From contig NW_024704742.1 of NCBI RefSeq assembly GCF_018977255.1, positions 38,690,001 to 38,754,000 on the forward strand: DNA of 64,000 nt, read 5' to 3'. A model generated the notes under the pieces. It saw only the letters and a program-made list of their open reading frames with translations. It was not told the origin of the DNA and did not search any database. This document shows, piece by piece, positions 44,217-58,233 of the stretch (the first letter of the stretch is position 1; every line of letters starts with the position of its first letter). The stretch comes from Callorhinchus milii (Eukaryota). A program made the position numbers and the translations under genes.

Positions 44217-47200
44217 GTGAGTGGCTTCGTGCCTTTGGCCGGTGGACATTAACGTGCCCCGTTATACTGGGTATGTTCAGGCAGGGATACAACTCATTGT
44301 ATGTCGTGTCTGTGGCCAGCAGTCGCTCGGGTCTCCCCTTCGGTGTGATTGAAATAGTCGATGATAGAGTAAAACTCGCATAACACTGATCTGTATTAAT
44401 CGATTAATATAGGCAACGTCCCGTTCCAGAATTTATATTCTATGCAAGTTTGACATAACTCATACTTGGCGTAAGTCACATTAAATGTATGGTCCCAACT
44501 GATAAGACTTGTGTGAGGTTTACTGTGCTGTACTTAATGTCAGATTGGATGTGTGGAATACAGCAATACTAAGTGCAGACTGACTTGCTGTTTCACACGC
44601 CCTCACATTCCTCATCAGACTGCTTGTTTAGTTTTGCTTCCCTAATATTGAAATATAATCACTTTCATTACACTAACTCAGCATTGTTAATCACATTTAG
44701 GAAAGAATGCCAGGGTGAAAATTCTCCAAAGCTGTACTGCAGGTGTTTTTTTACTAGCACTTCAGTGAAGTATATTTATTGGTGGGCAGTTTAAACTGGG
44801 TGACCAAAAAGTTGTGATATCTACCTTGTTATCGAAAGAAAAACAAAAATATCAGAATTTCCTTAAGATGTATTAGACATTGTTAATGGTATCATGACTT
44901 TTTGGTCACCCTGTAATATAAGTACAGCAGAGCGCTTGGGATATCCCCTCTCATTGGGACCGGTTCTATTGCGGATGTGAAAACAGTGTGGGTAACAGGG
45001 CATAACTGGAATTACAATGTAAATTATTAACCGAGACCTGCTGGACAAATAGTTAGTCACTGTAGTATCACAAGTGCCACCCTTCCCCTCTCCCCATTTC
45101 CAGTGCTGGAACTGCTCTCCACCCCTCCCCGACCACACAGCTATACACACAGTGCAGTATTTTTCTTCCTGCATGGGGCTTCCTTCTTTCCCACCCATTG
45201 TGGATATGCTCAGAATATGTGCTTATATGATTAAAGATTGTCAGCGCAAAATCTGGCTGCCGATTTATCTGATGTTTCTTGAGCACCCAATGCCTTGGAG
45301 TACTGCGTACCCATCAAGTTTAGGAACTGGACTACCTAGACCACCACAGAGTGCTGGATTAATTCCGATATTCCGTTGCCAAACATGTCACCTTGGAGCC
45401 ACTTGAGCTCCAGGGAAACCTCACACCCCAATTCTGAGGAGGATAGTCACTAGTTGGTCATTTGTCATTTGACATCTGACAAGCGCAGATCTGAGCTCTC
45501 ACTAGATGATTGGGAGGTGCCAGGAGTTCCCAGCTGACTTCCCAGTGGGCAACACAGCTCAGCATGAAATACTTGAGAGCATTGCCACCCACCTTCCTGT
45601 GCACAGCTCAGGCGCACATCCCTTCCAATTGAGTGATGGATCCCACAGTTGGAGGTGCGGAGCTGCTTACTTCTTTGCGAACCAGTCAAGGTGAACATAT
45701 GTTCACAAACTCAGCCTCCAGGTAATGCTTTACCACAGCTGTTGTCCCATCTTACTGTTTCCTGAATGGCTTTATCATAGCCTTCTGTGGAGTAGGAACA
45801 AATTTATTATTATATCAACCTATGTCTGGAGAGGGCATTTGAGCTGCACAACATTCCAGCTGTTGTGGGACCAATTTGAAGTGACAAGTTCTGAGTATTT
45901 CAGAAGAATCAACCATCCTAACTCACTCAGGTGTTAAATCTAATCACTCCAGTTAGCTCCTTGTTGTCAATGCACTCTTCCACAGCTCATTCTGAAGCAC
46001 ATTCCCTCAGTTCAAGTGGTCAGAAGATTTGATCCTGTCATTAAATTCAAGTTGTACTTGAGTTGTGCCTGGTGCCTTTACCTCATGGCAATAACTAACC
46101 AGTTGTCCCGCTACATTAAATGATAGGAGTTTAAAGCTAAGGTGGTTACGGCAAAGGAACATACTTTGTCAGCTGTGCTTACTGTCAGCAACCTGATCTG
46201 ACAGCAATGTGAATTGATTTATCAAGACCAGGATCACCCTGCTTTAGCTTTATATAGGAGGATTCAAGACCAAATTCAATAATGAAGATGATTATTTGGA
46301 TTCTGCTGGATTATTCTTATAGCTTTCATGAAATAAAGAGACAACAAGGCAACCTGCTCTTTACGAGCAGCAGTTTAGTATCAAGTAGTGAGCTCTGCTT
46401 GTTTTGAGTACAGACAAGTACTCAAGTATACCTTGATGCAGCTACAACCCAACAAAGCACACAAAATTTCTCATAGTCCCAGTCATAAGACCACCCTTTT
46501 AACATTTAAGATTGTGGAGATTTTTGGAAAATATTTCAATTCAGCTTGAATTTAGAATCTAATTCTCTGCAGTAATCCCCTGAAACCTTGCAGAAAAATG
46601 GCTCGTAAAACAATCAAACTCCCAGATAAATTGGTGTCTGTGGGACATTGCAGAGTTCGAGTTAGCTGCTCTATTCACTTAAAACAGTGTCTTCATTTTA
46701 CAGCAATTCCCTGGGAATTAACCTCTCCCCCATTTGCTCATTTACTAACTATCTTAAATCAATGTCCTTGATTCACCGACCAGTGAAAATAATTTATTCC
46801 CATTGACTATTAAAATCTCTCACATTGAATGGTACATTTATCCCATCACTCCTCAACTTGCTTTGTTCCAAAAAATCTTCTTCATTATTGAATTTAAGAA
46901 TTTTTCAAATTTTTCATGATCTTAAATCAGTTTTCAGGAACTTAAATTTTAAGACAATGGTCTTGAGTCTGTGATCAGGAATTTTAAGCCTCCAGTTGGG
47001 TGACACCCGCAGCATCCTGGTACCAAGCCAGCATTGCTAACTGCCAAGATCCTCCCAATATGAAAGACATTATATAAATGTAAATTTATATTGTATCATC
47101 ACAGCAATCTGAAATCCGAACAAAGCATGACAACATTGACTTTAAAGCTTTCCTTATCATTTGTATTACATTCCTAAGTTTGGGAAAAGTAATGATCAAT

Positions 47201-47717
47201 AACAAATTATTGACTAAAGTGAAGTTTAAGATGGATTACCAAGTCAGGCAGTGAGTTAACAAACTGGCTTTCAGCTGTTGTACCTAGACTGAAAGTGACT
47301 AATATTGGAATGAAAGTCTCTTGTTTCTCGATTCTATATGAAAGTGAGATTGGTCAGTCTCGCTCTTTGCTTACAAAACAGAGAATGTTGGAAATGAACT
47401 CCAGCATTTAAAAGAGAAAGATAGTTATCAGTTTGTGCTTCCAGCATTTTCTGATTTCTTTCAGCTTTCCAACTCGTAGATTTCTTTTTATCTCATCCGA
47501 TTTTCTGTTGGATATGGACTCACAGCACAAAGCTGTCCTTCACCTGGCACTAATTGGCAACCTCACTCAAACAGATCACAGGATAGTTGGGAAGCATCAC
47601 CCTGGGGTTTAAAAAGCATGTGTTGGGTAAATTATTCTCTAAATTGTATCGAGCACTAGAGAATGTTGCTCAGGACATGAAGTGTGTCTCCTGCAGGAAA
47701 CCCTGAGTACATCACGT

Positions 47718-48105
47718 CAGCCTAGCTCAGTTGGTGGCACTCTCACCTGTGGATCAGAAGGTTGTAGGTTCAAGCCCCACAATGGGACTTTGAACTTGTA
47801 TATTCTAGGCTAATGCTCAATGCAGTGCGGGCAGTGTGCTGTATTGTTGGAGGTGCCATCCTTCGGATGAAATGTTAAACCCGTCTGCTATTGAGATGGA
47901 CTGAAAAGATCCCATGACAGTATTTGAAAAGAGAAGGGAGTTTGTCCTGGCTAATAATCCCTCCATTTAAAAATTGGTCACTCATTTCATGGCTGTTTGT
48001 GTGACATTGTGTGCAAATGGGCTGCTATGTTCACCTACAAATGCAGTCAATACATTTCATAGTCAATCTTGTGAAGTGCTTTGAGACATTTTTATATTAT
48101 CTTAT
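47718..48105 (+). mobile_element. Older tRNA-headed SINE (family B) with Deu-like central domain (SacSINE1/AmnSINE1-like)
   Basis: Head GCTCAGTTGGTGGCACTCTC...GGTTCAAGCCC; core GGAGGTGCCATCCTTCGGATGAAATGTTAAAC. Other copies at about 6130-6485(-), 31260-31650, 34395-34810, 37515-37890(-), 58350-58760(-), 59950-60365, 61140-61485(-), 62180-62500. Confidence 0.8.
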
Positions 48106-51100
48106 TATGATGCGTAACCTGGAGGAACTCCGCTCTGATGAGATTTTGGGTTGGAAAAGAGTTAATAATAATATTTGAATTTTAATATAGCACCTTATCG
48201 AGTTATCGAATTCTTGACGGTCAGTTTGATATAAAAGGGGTTAACTACAAAACTCTTTGTCTGATGTAAGGTATCCTTAATGCTGCAGTTTTTTCAGCCA
48301 ACCTTCTTGAACTCCACTGATGCAGTTTAGGGTGGTCTAAGATTTGAGGCAGAATGGAGACTATCCTGTATATGGTTGGTGCCTGAAATGGGAAAAGTAT
48401 TCCAATTCCCAGCATGAACATTGCTGGTGTTTAAATGATAAGCATCTAAACCCTCTGTGAAAAAAATAGAAAAAAATCTCAGTGACAATAGTTTTAACAC
48501 AGTTACAGGGCAAACATCACTGAGTACAGGATGACTCATCTTGTAATGTATTTATTTTGACAAGACAGACAGGAAGAATGAACGTATGCTTATGCCATTA
48601 GATGTGTCGCCTGAGGTCTCATATACTCTAGGCGATGCTCCAGTGCAGCGCAGGAGGTGTCCAGCTCTGAGTTGTCTGAGGTACCGTCCTTCAGAGTGAA
48701 TTATAAATAATAAATTATAATCCTTGATTTGCTATAGAGGCTGATGCATTAAAATGCAAGTAATAACAATGAGGTCTCCTGTGCTGTAAGCCAACTTGTT
48801 TTCTATGTAAAGAAGATTGGTTAAAGACTGTTTTTCCTCATTTCATTATTTTGAGCACGGACTCAATTGACCAATTTACAGGAGGGAATTTTCATTACAT
48901 CTAATTACTGTTTAGCCCAATCAAATATGGTATGTGATAATTATCACTGGTGATGGTGATCTCATCTGAGACCATATTTCTCACCCCTATTTTAACTATT
49001 GCACTCACTTCAGACTGAAACCAGTCAATGTCCCAGACAGTGTCAGATCTCTAGCCTGATTTGTGCAGCACAGCTTTTTCTCTCTGGACATAGCGACCAG
49101 AGGATACAAATTAGACTATTTACAGCAGTCTGATAGGAATCAGTTTGGTCTGCAGCCAGCTATGAGCTATCATCAGAGAGGATGTTTTACTAAGGAGTTA
49201 CGATACTGCACTGGACTGTGGAATCTGTGGTCAGTAGCCCTGCTTCAACTCAGCTGCAAAAGAACACCTTCTGAAGCTGCTGGCATGTCATTGGACATGT
49301 CAAACAGCAGTACTAATTTTTGCCTGGGTCCAATGCAGCAATATCAAGTGAAACAGCCAGATAATGGAAAATGTGGAGCAGTCAATGTTTTGTTGGCAGC
49401 TAGAGGGCAGGATCATTCATATAAGAAACATGTACTTGGAGAATGTTAGAGTAGAAATTCTAGATTGGATGAAATGTGCTGACAGGGCTTTCTTCATCCA
49501 AACCTCTCTTGTGATCTTGTGATAAATGCTCAGTGCATATATGATTGGAGTTCTACTTCCCTCCAATAAACAGCGATACTAGTAAAGTAGCTGTGGCTCT
49601 GCAGTAACACTTTGCTTGCTTATAAAAAAATGCAAGCTGTTGTTGCTTAAAACGCTACTGAAATTTTCGGAGTCACTGAGGGAATGGATTCACCCACTCA
49701 GCTCCCATTAACCCTCCAAATCAAAGTCCTAATGGGTAATGTGGTCCTAGGTAGACAAGCTGCTGGACTACTGTGACAAGATGTGACAAGCTCTCTATTT
49801 TCCTGCAGTATCCAAATGCAAACTCTGATGTCCCGAAGAACATCTTGGCTCTCGTCCACCTGCACTTAATATTTTATGGTACGTGCCTCCAATGAAAGAG
49901 TGCGCATTCCATTCCAGACATGGAAATTTCCATGCGTAGGTGGATTACATATGTAAATTTATTTTGGTTTGGATGCTCTTAAGCATGGTCATGGATTTCC
50001 ATTTGTGTTTTGTCTCATTGTTATCTAGAAAATGATTTGAGAAATATTGTTAGAAAGTGTTGACAGTGAATGGCAGTGCCATAGCAGCTAGTGACTGAAG
50101 GATATTTTCCAGTAGTCAGTATTGCATGTGGCTCGAGAAATTGAGACTCACAAGTCAATAGTTGTCAATAAAAAGAACAGCTGGAAACCTCAATGAATAG
50201 ATTACATTGATATGGAACAAATAATGTTTAGATTGGCTATAGAGCCTGAGAACGTCTCAAATCGCTTCATAGGATTTACCGTAAAGCGTAGTGACTGTTT
50301 ATTTCTAGGAGAATGTGGAGCAAATGCATTGCACCCATTCCTCTTTGTTACAGATGCAGAAACTCAGAGTTTATCGTTTCTTCTCTTCTGTCAAGTCTTG
50401 CTGGGATATGGCTCTGTGACTATTGCCTGCATGGTGGTAGCTGGCCTAAGTGGCCATTCTTGAAGTGCAAGTCTAGATGGTGAATATTCACGGGCAGTTT
50501 CACCATGGGAGATGGGGGCGACATTATAACTAAACAGTTTTCATTTAGCATTCACACATGAACATTTCAGCAGGAGCCATTGAATGGTAACCAGGAGCAG
50601 GAATCCTGACAGACTATTTCCCCTTCTTTAACCCAGGGTACCGAGGCATGGGCCAGTTGCTCTCTTGCCTCCTTGTCAGAGATCAGACATGTTAGCTTAA
50701 TATGAGACAGTACTTTTACCAAGTAAGCTATCGGGACACTTTTTTTTAAAAGCTTTAACCTGAAGCAGGTGAACAATATACATCAAGGAAAAATTGAGTA
50801 TTTACTTCAAAAACTGCATTTTTCAATTTATTATGTTCTCATTCTTGTCGATCAGATGCCAGCTTCTTCTGCATTATAAAATTATGTTTTTAAATTTTAT
50901 GGTATTGAACTCACTGATGATCCTTTGAAACTAGTTTTGTATCATAACAACAATAACTTACATTTACATACCAGGTTTCATGTAAAAACAAAGGCTTGAT
51001 CCACTTTATATTTGATTGGAAATGAATGCTACATACAGGCAGTTTTGTCAGCCAATCTATAATATCCTACAAACAATGAGATAGGTGGACAATTCATTTG

Positions 51101-51537
51101 AAAATTAGGGGCTACATTTGAGAGTATAAGATGGGTCAACCAGGAAAAACTCTCACTGGTAACCGTTTGAGTCATTTCCCTACATGTTATGATAAATAAA
51201 ATAATAATCCTTGCGTTTGATATTGCGCCTTATCATATCCTTGAGATGTCTTAAAACGTTTCACAGAATACATTGTAAAGTAGAATTTCTCTGTGCAAAA
51301 TGTGACAGCTAATTGCACACAACATGTCCCACAAACAGTTGTGGATTGAGGACCAAATTTTTTTGGTCATTCCCAATTTGATATTGAAATACCAATAGTA
51401 CAGCAGTTCCTTTCCAGCCACCTGGATCACAAGCCAGACAGATCCCAAAATAATATCACAAAGAATTGGATCATCTGGAAATAAAGTACGTTCATATAAT
51501 ATTGAATATTATGTAGCCAGCTCCCTGAGATATGCTT

Positions 51538-51910
51538 AAGAACATAAGAAACAGTAGACGAGAAAAGACCAAGGTCCATGTAGTTTGCCTTCCACCTTCC
51601 TGGCGCACGCATGCACATATGTCCCAAACTACTATACCCCATAATGTTATTTCCTAAAAGAAAAGTATCTAATCTGTGTTTGAAAGAATCAAAACTTCCT
51701 GCTTCAACCGTCTCCCTAGGGAGCCTGTTCCACAAGTTCACTACTTGCTCACTGAAATAGTGTTTGTGTAGATTTGTTCTGAATTTTCCTCTCTTCAATC
51801 ACAGGCCATGTCCTTTGGTTTTACTATTCTGGACAAGCTGAAATAGCTTGTCACGATCTACATTGTTTAGCCCCTTTAGAACCTTAAAGACAGTAATCAT
51901 GTCACCTCTG
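51538..51910 (-). mobile_element. CR1 LINE 3' fragment
   Basis: KFRTNLHKHYFSEQVVNLWNRLPRETVEAGSFDSFKHRLDTFL (CR1 ORF2 C-terminus); TTCTTATG-type tail. Confidence 0.88.
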
Positions 51911-53399
51911 TCGTAGAATTGCAATACAGTATATTGCAAACATACGAAGAAAACAATGGAGCTAAAAATGTGGCAGCCTCTAAACTGGAACCGCTGTGCT
52001 AACTAATTTCCCATTTCCAAACTTGTGTAACTTGCAAAAAGAAGTGCGGTACTGGAAGCCACAATTGTGGACATGTTTTGCTTTAGAGCTATTTCTTGGT
52101 TGACAAATGACTCAAAAATGCCAGTGAAACATAGCCTTTGCTGGACCCTAGATCACAATTTATTTGTGTTTATTTAATGAATTAGCAATGAAACGCACAA
52201 TATCAGACACAAAGCAGAGGTCACAAGGATTCCTGCTTTGCAAATGCTACATTTTTAACTCTGCTATTTTTGTGACTGGGCAATTCTGATGTTATCAGCC
52301 GTGGCATGAAAAAATAATTTACTGCGTGTATCAGAATGGTTTATGCTCAGGAATTGAAATAACAATGTCAGCCAAAAGGAATTAAATCTAGCGAGGGCAT
52401 GTTATCATTCATCACACAAAGCAGCAAATTAAAAGTGATGTGACAAGCCCTTGCATCTCAGACTATAAACTTCCAAGCTGCTCAACATCTGCAGGTTGGG
52501 GGTTGATTTAATCATATTCTATGTAGGGCAAAGGGAAACAACAATTGGAAATATAGCATCGTAATATATGCTTCATTAATGTATGAACCTACACTATGTA
52601 AAATGCCCTGCAGAGTAGGGTTGCCAACTTTCCAGTTTCTGAAAAACGGACATTTAAAAACAATATATTTGTATGTGCATACTCTAGATCTGACACTCCA
52701 ATAGAGTTGCATTGTCCTGCAACAATTGTAAGCCCAGAAAAGACCATTGAGAGACGATTCATCTGGTCACAACCAATATCTCATCCTTTGGATGAGACAT
52801 TAAGCACCTGCCTGTTCAGGTGGATGTTAAATATCCCATGGGACTAAGAGAAGGGAGTTTCTCCTGTTGTCCCTTGCCAATAATCCCCCCCAGTTAAATA
52901 AATTATAATTCATCTCCTGGCTGTTTTTGCATATTACTGTGATCACAAGCACAGTCACAACCCTCTCCAGATAACTCATTTCAACATAAAATGCTCCATT
53001 AAATGCAAGGATTGGAATAATCTATCTCCACCACCTGCCAGAGCATCTATTCCATAAAATGTACATGGATACCACTCTGTATAAGGCAATTCAATCCAAA
53101 CAGCTTTTCTGAGCTGCCTTGATTCTGTGCAACCTCAGATCCTGGAATCTGATGGGTGTTTGTTTTTTGTATATAAATTTAGTTTCCAATTATTTATTTT
53201 TTTACCCATTTGCCATTCTACTCCTGGTCTGGGCTCCTCTTGCTGGGATTCAGCTCCAGAGCAGACACAGCCTCCACTGAGACCAGAAAACCACTGGAAC
53301 CAGGGAGTTCCTGGTCTGTAAGTTAAAGCTCTACCACTACATGACAGGGGCTGCTCCTGAACCTGCTTATTGAGGATGAAGTTTAGAGGCAAATGATCA

Positions 53400-53695
53400 T
53401 TCAACATAAAAACAACTAATATTAGGCCATTTAAGAATGAAATCAGGAAGCATATTTTCTCTCAAAGGGTGGTAGAAATCTGTAATGTTCTCTCCTAAAA
53501 GGCTGTGGATACTGGATCCATTCACACCTTTAAGAGTGAGGTTGATAGATTTTTGGTACGTCAGGGTATTGAGGGATATGGGGAGAAAGCGGGAAATTGA
53601 AATTGAAAGGATTAGCTGAGGTACAGATCTGCCATCTTAAATGGTGGAACAGGCTTGAAGGGTTGGATGGTCTCCTCCTGTTCTTATGTTCCTAT
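53400..53695 (+). mobile_element. CR1 LINE 3' fragment
   Basis: Decayed ORF2 C-terminus and ...ctcctgttcttatgttccta terminus. Confidence 0.8.
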
Positions 53696-53764
53696 CACCT
53701 GTTACCAGAGCCAAGTGTAGTCATAAGTGACAGGATGCACAACACATTCTTGGCTGCAAATCCA

Positions 53765-54090
53765 TTTGAAGGAGGTGTAGAGGGACTGAACGTCCATTGT
53801 AAAAAGGCAATGGTTAGGGTCAAACTGGAATTGGTTGAAGTGGGGGAGGGCGTCAGTAGAATCATGGATGTAGGTGAGTAACAACTGGACAAGGGGCGAA
53901 AAAATAGAATCCAGATAAGAGGAAATAAGTTCCTTGGGGCAGGAGCAGGCTGAAACGATAGGTCTACCAGGACAGGCCTGTTTGTGGATTTTGGGGAGAA
54001 GATAGAGGCGGGCTGTGCAGGGTTACAGGACTATGAGATCGGAGGCTGTGGGGGGGAAGATCTCCAGAGGAGATGAGGTCAGTGGTATAT
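53765..54090 (-). mobile_element. Penelope-like element reverse transcriptase fragment
   Basis: Translates as ...LYLLPKIHKQACPGRPIVSACSCPKELISSYLDSIFSPLVQ...FTMDVQSLYTS, typical PLE RT motifs (PKIHK, RPIVS, DVxSLYT). Confidence 0.85.
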
Positions 54091-54405
54091 CTATTTGTTA
54101 CACTTGTTCCTTGACTACTTCCTCCTTCTACTGGAATAGACACTAGTACCTCACCTGAGGCCACTATTCATGTATGAGCCTTGACAGTGTCAGCAAGCTA
54201 ATCACCGGCAACCAAGCCCAATCCTATCCTTGCCCGATGCCCAAACACATCTAGTTGGATAGCAATCATAAGAGAGAACTATTTGGTGACTTTTCGCTTC
54301 CCTTATCCAAGGTCCTAGGTAACCCAGGTCCTAGGTAACCCTCACCAGAACAGAAAAGAAAGTCAGTATCTACAGGAAGAGTAGAGGGAAGAATCATGAA
54401 GGAGG

Positions 54406-56465
54406 AACAACAACAACAACAACAACAAGATTCCATTTATAAAGCGCTTTCACGTCAGGAGGACGTCCCAAGGCGCTGCAAAGTTGGGTCATGACCCGAG
54501 CAGGGGGGAAATGGTCAGGGTAAGGGGAGGGAAGGGAGGGAGCGAGGAGGGGGAAGAGAGTCGAGAGGGGAGCTGAAGGCTCGGTCAAAGAGAAAGGTTT
54601 TGAGACCGGCCTTGAAGGAGGAAAGGGAGGAAGCAAGGCGAAGGCACTGGGGGATAGAGTTCCAGAGCCTGGGGGCTGAGAGGCTGAAGGCCCGACCACC
54701 GATGGTAGGGCGGTTGGGGCGGGGGACGTGGAGCAGACCGGAGCCAGAGGAACGGAGGGTACGGGCAGGTAGGTAGGGGGATAGTAGGTCGGAGAGGTAG
54801 GAGGGAGCAAGGCCGTGAATGGCCTTGTAGGTGAGGATGAGGATCTTGAAATCAATCCTCTGGGGGATGGGGAGCCAGTGGAGGCGAGCGAGGGTGGGAG
54901 TGATGTGGTCCCGAAGCCTGGTGCGGGACAGTACACGAGCTGCAGAGTTCTGAATGACCTGCAGCTTGTGGAGGGAGGTGGCGGGAAGGCCGGCGAGGAG
55001 AGAGTTCCCATAGTCCAGCCTTGAGGTGACAAAGGCGTGGACCAGAGTTTCAGCAGCGTGAGGGGTGAGGTAATGCCGTAGTCTGGCGATGTTCCGGAGG
55101 TGATGGAAGGCGGTGCCAGTTGTGGTGCGGATGTGAGGGAGAAAGGACAGCTCAGGGTCGAACAAAACGCCGAGGTTCCTGACTGGCTTTGAGAGGTGGA
55201 GAGTGCAGCCTTGGATGCTGATGGTGTCAGCGCCTGAGGTGCGGAGGCGCTGACGTGAGCCAATCAGGAGGGCCTCGGTTTTTCGCACGTTGAGCTGAAG
55301 AAAGTTGTCTCTCGTCCAGGACTCGATGTCGGACAGGCAGGCTGTCAGGACATCGGTGGTCGTGGAGTTGAGAGTAGAGGAGGAAAGGTAGAGTTGGGTG
55401 TCATCCGCATACATGTGGAAGTTAACTCCATGTCTGCGGATGATGTCACCAAGGGGGAGCATATAGAGGGTGAAGAGGAGGGGACCAAGGACAGAGCCCT
55501 GAGGGACACCACATGAGACAGTGCGGGGGGTGGAGGAGAAGCCATTCGTTGAGACGAAATGAAGACGGTGAGAAAGGTACGACCTAAACCATTCAAGGAC
55601 AGTGCCTTGAAGGTTGAGGTGGGAGGACAAGCGGTGGAGTAGGATAGCGTGGTCGACCGTATCGAATGCTGCCGATAGGTCGAGGAGGACGAGGAGACAG
55701 AGGGAGCCCTGGTCACAGATGGTCAGGATATCATTGGTGACCTTGACCAGGGCAGTTTCTGTGCTATGGGCAGCACGGAAACCTGACTGAAGGGGTTCGA
55801 AAAGAGAATGGGTGGAAAGGAAAGAGCGCAGTTGGGAGGCGACAACTCTTTCCAAGACCTTGGAGAGAAAGGGGAGGTTGGAGATGGGCCGGTAACTTGA
55901 TAGCTGCGACGCATCAAGGGAGGGTTTTTTCAGGGTGGGCGTGATGATGGCAGTTTTTAATGGAATGGGGACAGAGCCAGAGGAGAGGGACAGGTTGATG
56001 ATGTCAGTGATATGTGGGGCAAGAAAGTGGAGCTGGGAGATAAGGAGTGGAGTGGGGATGGGGTCAAGGGAGCAGGTGGTTGGTTTTAGGGATTGGATGA
56101 GTTCAGTGACAGAGGGTGGGGAAACGGGTACGAAAGTGTGTAGGGGAGGATGGGTAGGAGTCGGAGTGTGGGAGGGAAGGGGTGGGTGGTGGGTGGAAGT
56201 TGGAGGGGAAGTGACCGCGCAGCGGATTCCCTTGATCTTGGATTCAAGGAAATCCAGCATCTCCTCGCAGTGAAGGTTGGAGGAGATGACCTGTGCGGGG
56301 TGGCGGGGGGGACGGAGGAGTAGGGTTGTGGTGGAAAACAGTAGCCTGGGGTTGTTCTTCGCCTCCAGGATTATCCTGGAGTAGAAGGACGACTTGGCCG
56401 AGGCTAGAGTGGAGCGGTAAATTTTGAGGAGGTCCAGCCAGATTTGTCGGTGGACCGTTAGGCCA
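54406..56465 (-). mobile_element. L2-clade LINE, 5'-truncated, uninterrupted ORF2 remainder (RT domain), 3' hairpin and (TTG)n tail
   Basis: ORF 54515-56260 is also open upstream to about 56464. Motifs [56 protein letters not shown]. Confidence 0.95.
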
Positions 56466-56697
56466 GGAAATTAATGGAGTAATGTCTACAGAGTTCATGA
56501 GGGCAGATTTATTCTTTTTTGACTCTTTGTACAGTCAGATGTCCTGTTAGAGACTGATAGCGATTACTTAAGGCAATTATGGATGCCGGTGACAACCGGA
56601 AGCTCCATGATTGTAACATAGTTACCATACTTGTCAGTTTATTGAAGAATGGTCCACAGTTGACTGGTAGGAAAACACAGAGTAGATATTGTTTTCT

Positions 56698-57192
56698 AAA
56701 CTCAAAATACTGCAGATGCTGGAAATCTGAAAAAAAAACGCAGAAGTCGCTGGGAACACTCAGCCGGTCAGGCAGCATCTATGGAGAAAGGAAAATGAGT
56801 CAACGTTTCGAGTCCACAACCCTTCATCAGAATGCTAGATATGTCAGGAAGAAAAAAAGGCAGCAGGAATGATTAGCTGTGCGTCAGAGGAGAGAATCGG
56901 TGAACATTTCTCACCAGGAGTTGGTCAAACTGAGTAAGATGTCAATTAGTGTTGGAAAAGACTGGCTGTTTTGAGTAAGTGTTCAGCTTGTTTAATAAAT
57001 GCATGCAAAGTTGAGGAAATGTTATATTTGTTAAGAGGTAGCAGCCTAATTTTGTTTTGGCCTATGAACTTTTCGTTATTATGGAAGTATTTTGACATTC
57101 TGCCGAAGGGTCATGGACCCGAAAGGTTGACTCACTTTCCTTTCTCCATAGATGCTGTCTGAGTGTTCCCAGTGACTTCTGTTTTTGTTTTC
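56698..57192. mobile_element. Same palindromic family, arms separated by a ~260-bp spacer, 14-bp TSD
   Basis: TSD AGATATTGTTTTCT at 56684-56697 and 57193-57206; arms about 56715-56834 and 57096-57192. Confidence 0.88.
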
Positions 57193-57290
57193 AGATATTG
57201 TTTTCTGTCTGTCTGATGAGGTGTCTAAAAGAAAATCTTTCACATGATTGTATATTGTCTGAAGCTTGTGCACCTTATGCAGTGATTGCA

Positions 57291-57321
<31 letters not shown>

Positions 57322-57902
57322 GGTATTAACGTGTTTCTCAAATGTTTAACAGAATGCAGTGGTCAAAAATAAATGGGCCATGCCTTAGGGGTGGTCCATA
57401 ATAACTGGCGATTACTACAACTTGGGGTACTGTGTGTAACTTATACATTGGAATGTAGTGACATCATTTGTGAATTGGACTAACCAGACCTTTGCCCTTG
57501 CTTTGAATTCTCACAATCCTTCTTTGTTTCACAGTAATTCACTTCACTCTATTTGTACCCTATTATGTATAAAATTATTTACGTTTAGTATCACCCGTTT
57601 ATCACATAGCAGTGCACCAGCAGTACTTCAGAGAGTAAAGGCATTTAGATGGCTTCTGTAAGTCATTGGGGCCCTGTTAAGATCATTTTTGCCTTTCCAG
57701 AGTATAAGTTACACAGATGGATGTGTATCTTCAGATGGTTTTGATTTTAAACAGATCTCCTTGGAATTATATTTCTAATAAAGAAAAAAATGTGGGACAC
57801 AGCAAACGTCCTGAACCTACTAGCTCAATTTATAAATGCATTACACACTGCATTGCAAGCCTTGTCACAATTATTTGTTCAATTGTTAAATATCACATTG
57901 AT

Positions 57903-58233
57903 GTGGACTCCTGTAGCTCAGTGGTTAGACCACTTGCCTCGCAAACGAGAGACCTGGGTTTGATTCCCGGCAGGGTGAAATGTTGGGCAAGTTTCCTTAC
58001 TCCAACTCCTCTGTTTACCTAGAAGTAAGTAGGAACCTGGTTGTTAGTCGATTAATAATATTAATTTGGGCACTCAATCCACGACTGTTTGTGGGACACT
58101 GCCGTGTGCAATCGACTGGCGCGTTTCGCCCACAAAATATAAGCCAATTCATTTTACAGTATATTCTGAAAGCGCTTTGAGACATTGTGAAGATGTGATA
58201 AGGCGCTATATCAAATGCAAGGATTATTATTAT
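57903..58233 (+). mobile_element. Family A SINE
   Basis: tRNA head, body and tail present. Confidence 0.9.

Noticed and set aside
53285..53323. Possible collagen exon (QGVPGL followed by gtaagt)
   Set aside because: No sustained Gly-X-Y run and the phase does not fit; no convincing further COL25A1 exon was found in 44217-64000
54310..54341. Small local duplications (also about 8055-8104 and 31523-31560)
   Set aside because: Ordinary two-copy slippage duplications with no further structure
54394..55263. 289-aa ORF overlapping the L2 RT
   Set aside because: Ser/Pro-rich alternate frame of a C-rich LINE with no independent support
54403..56469. AGGAA as TSD of the young L2
   Set aside because: Only 5 bp, overlapping the tail and the uncertain 5' boundary; cannot be distinguished from chance
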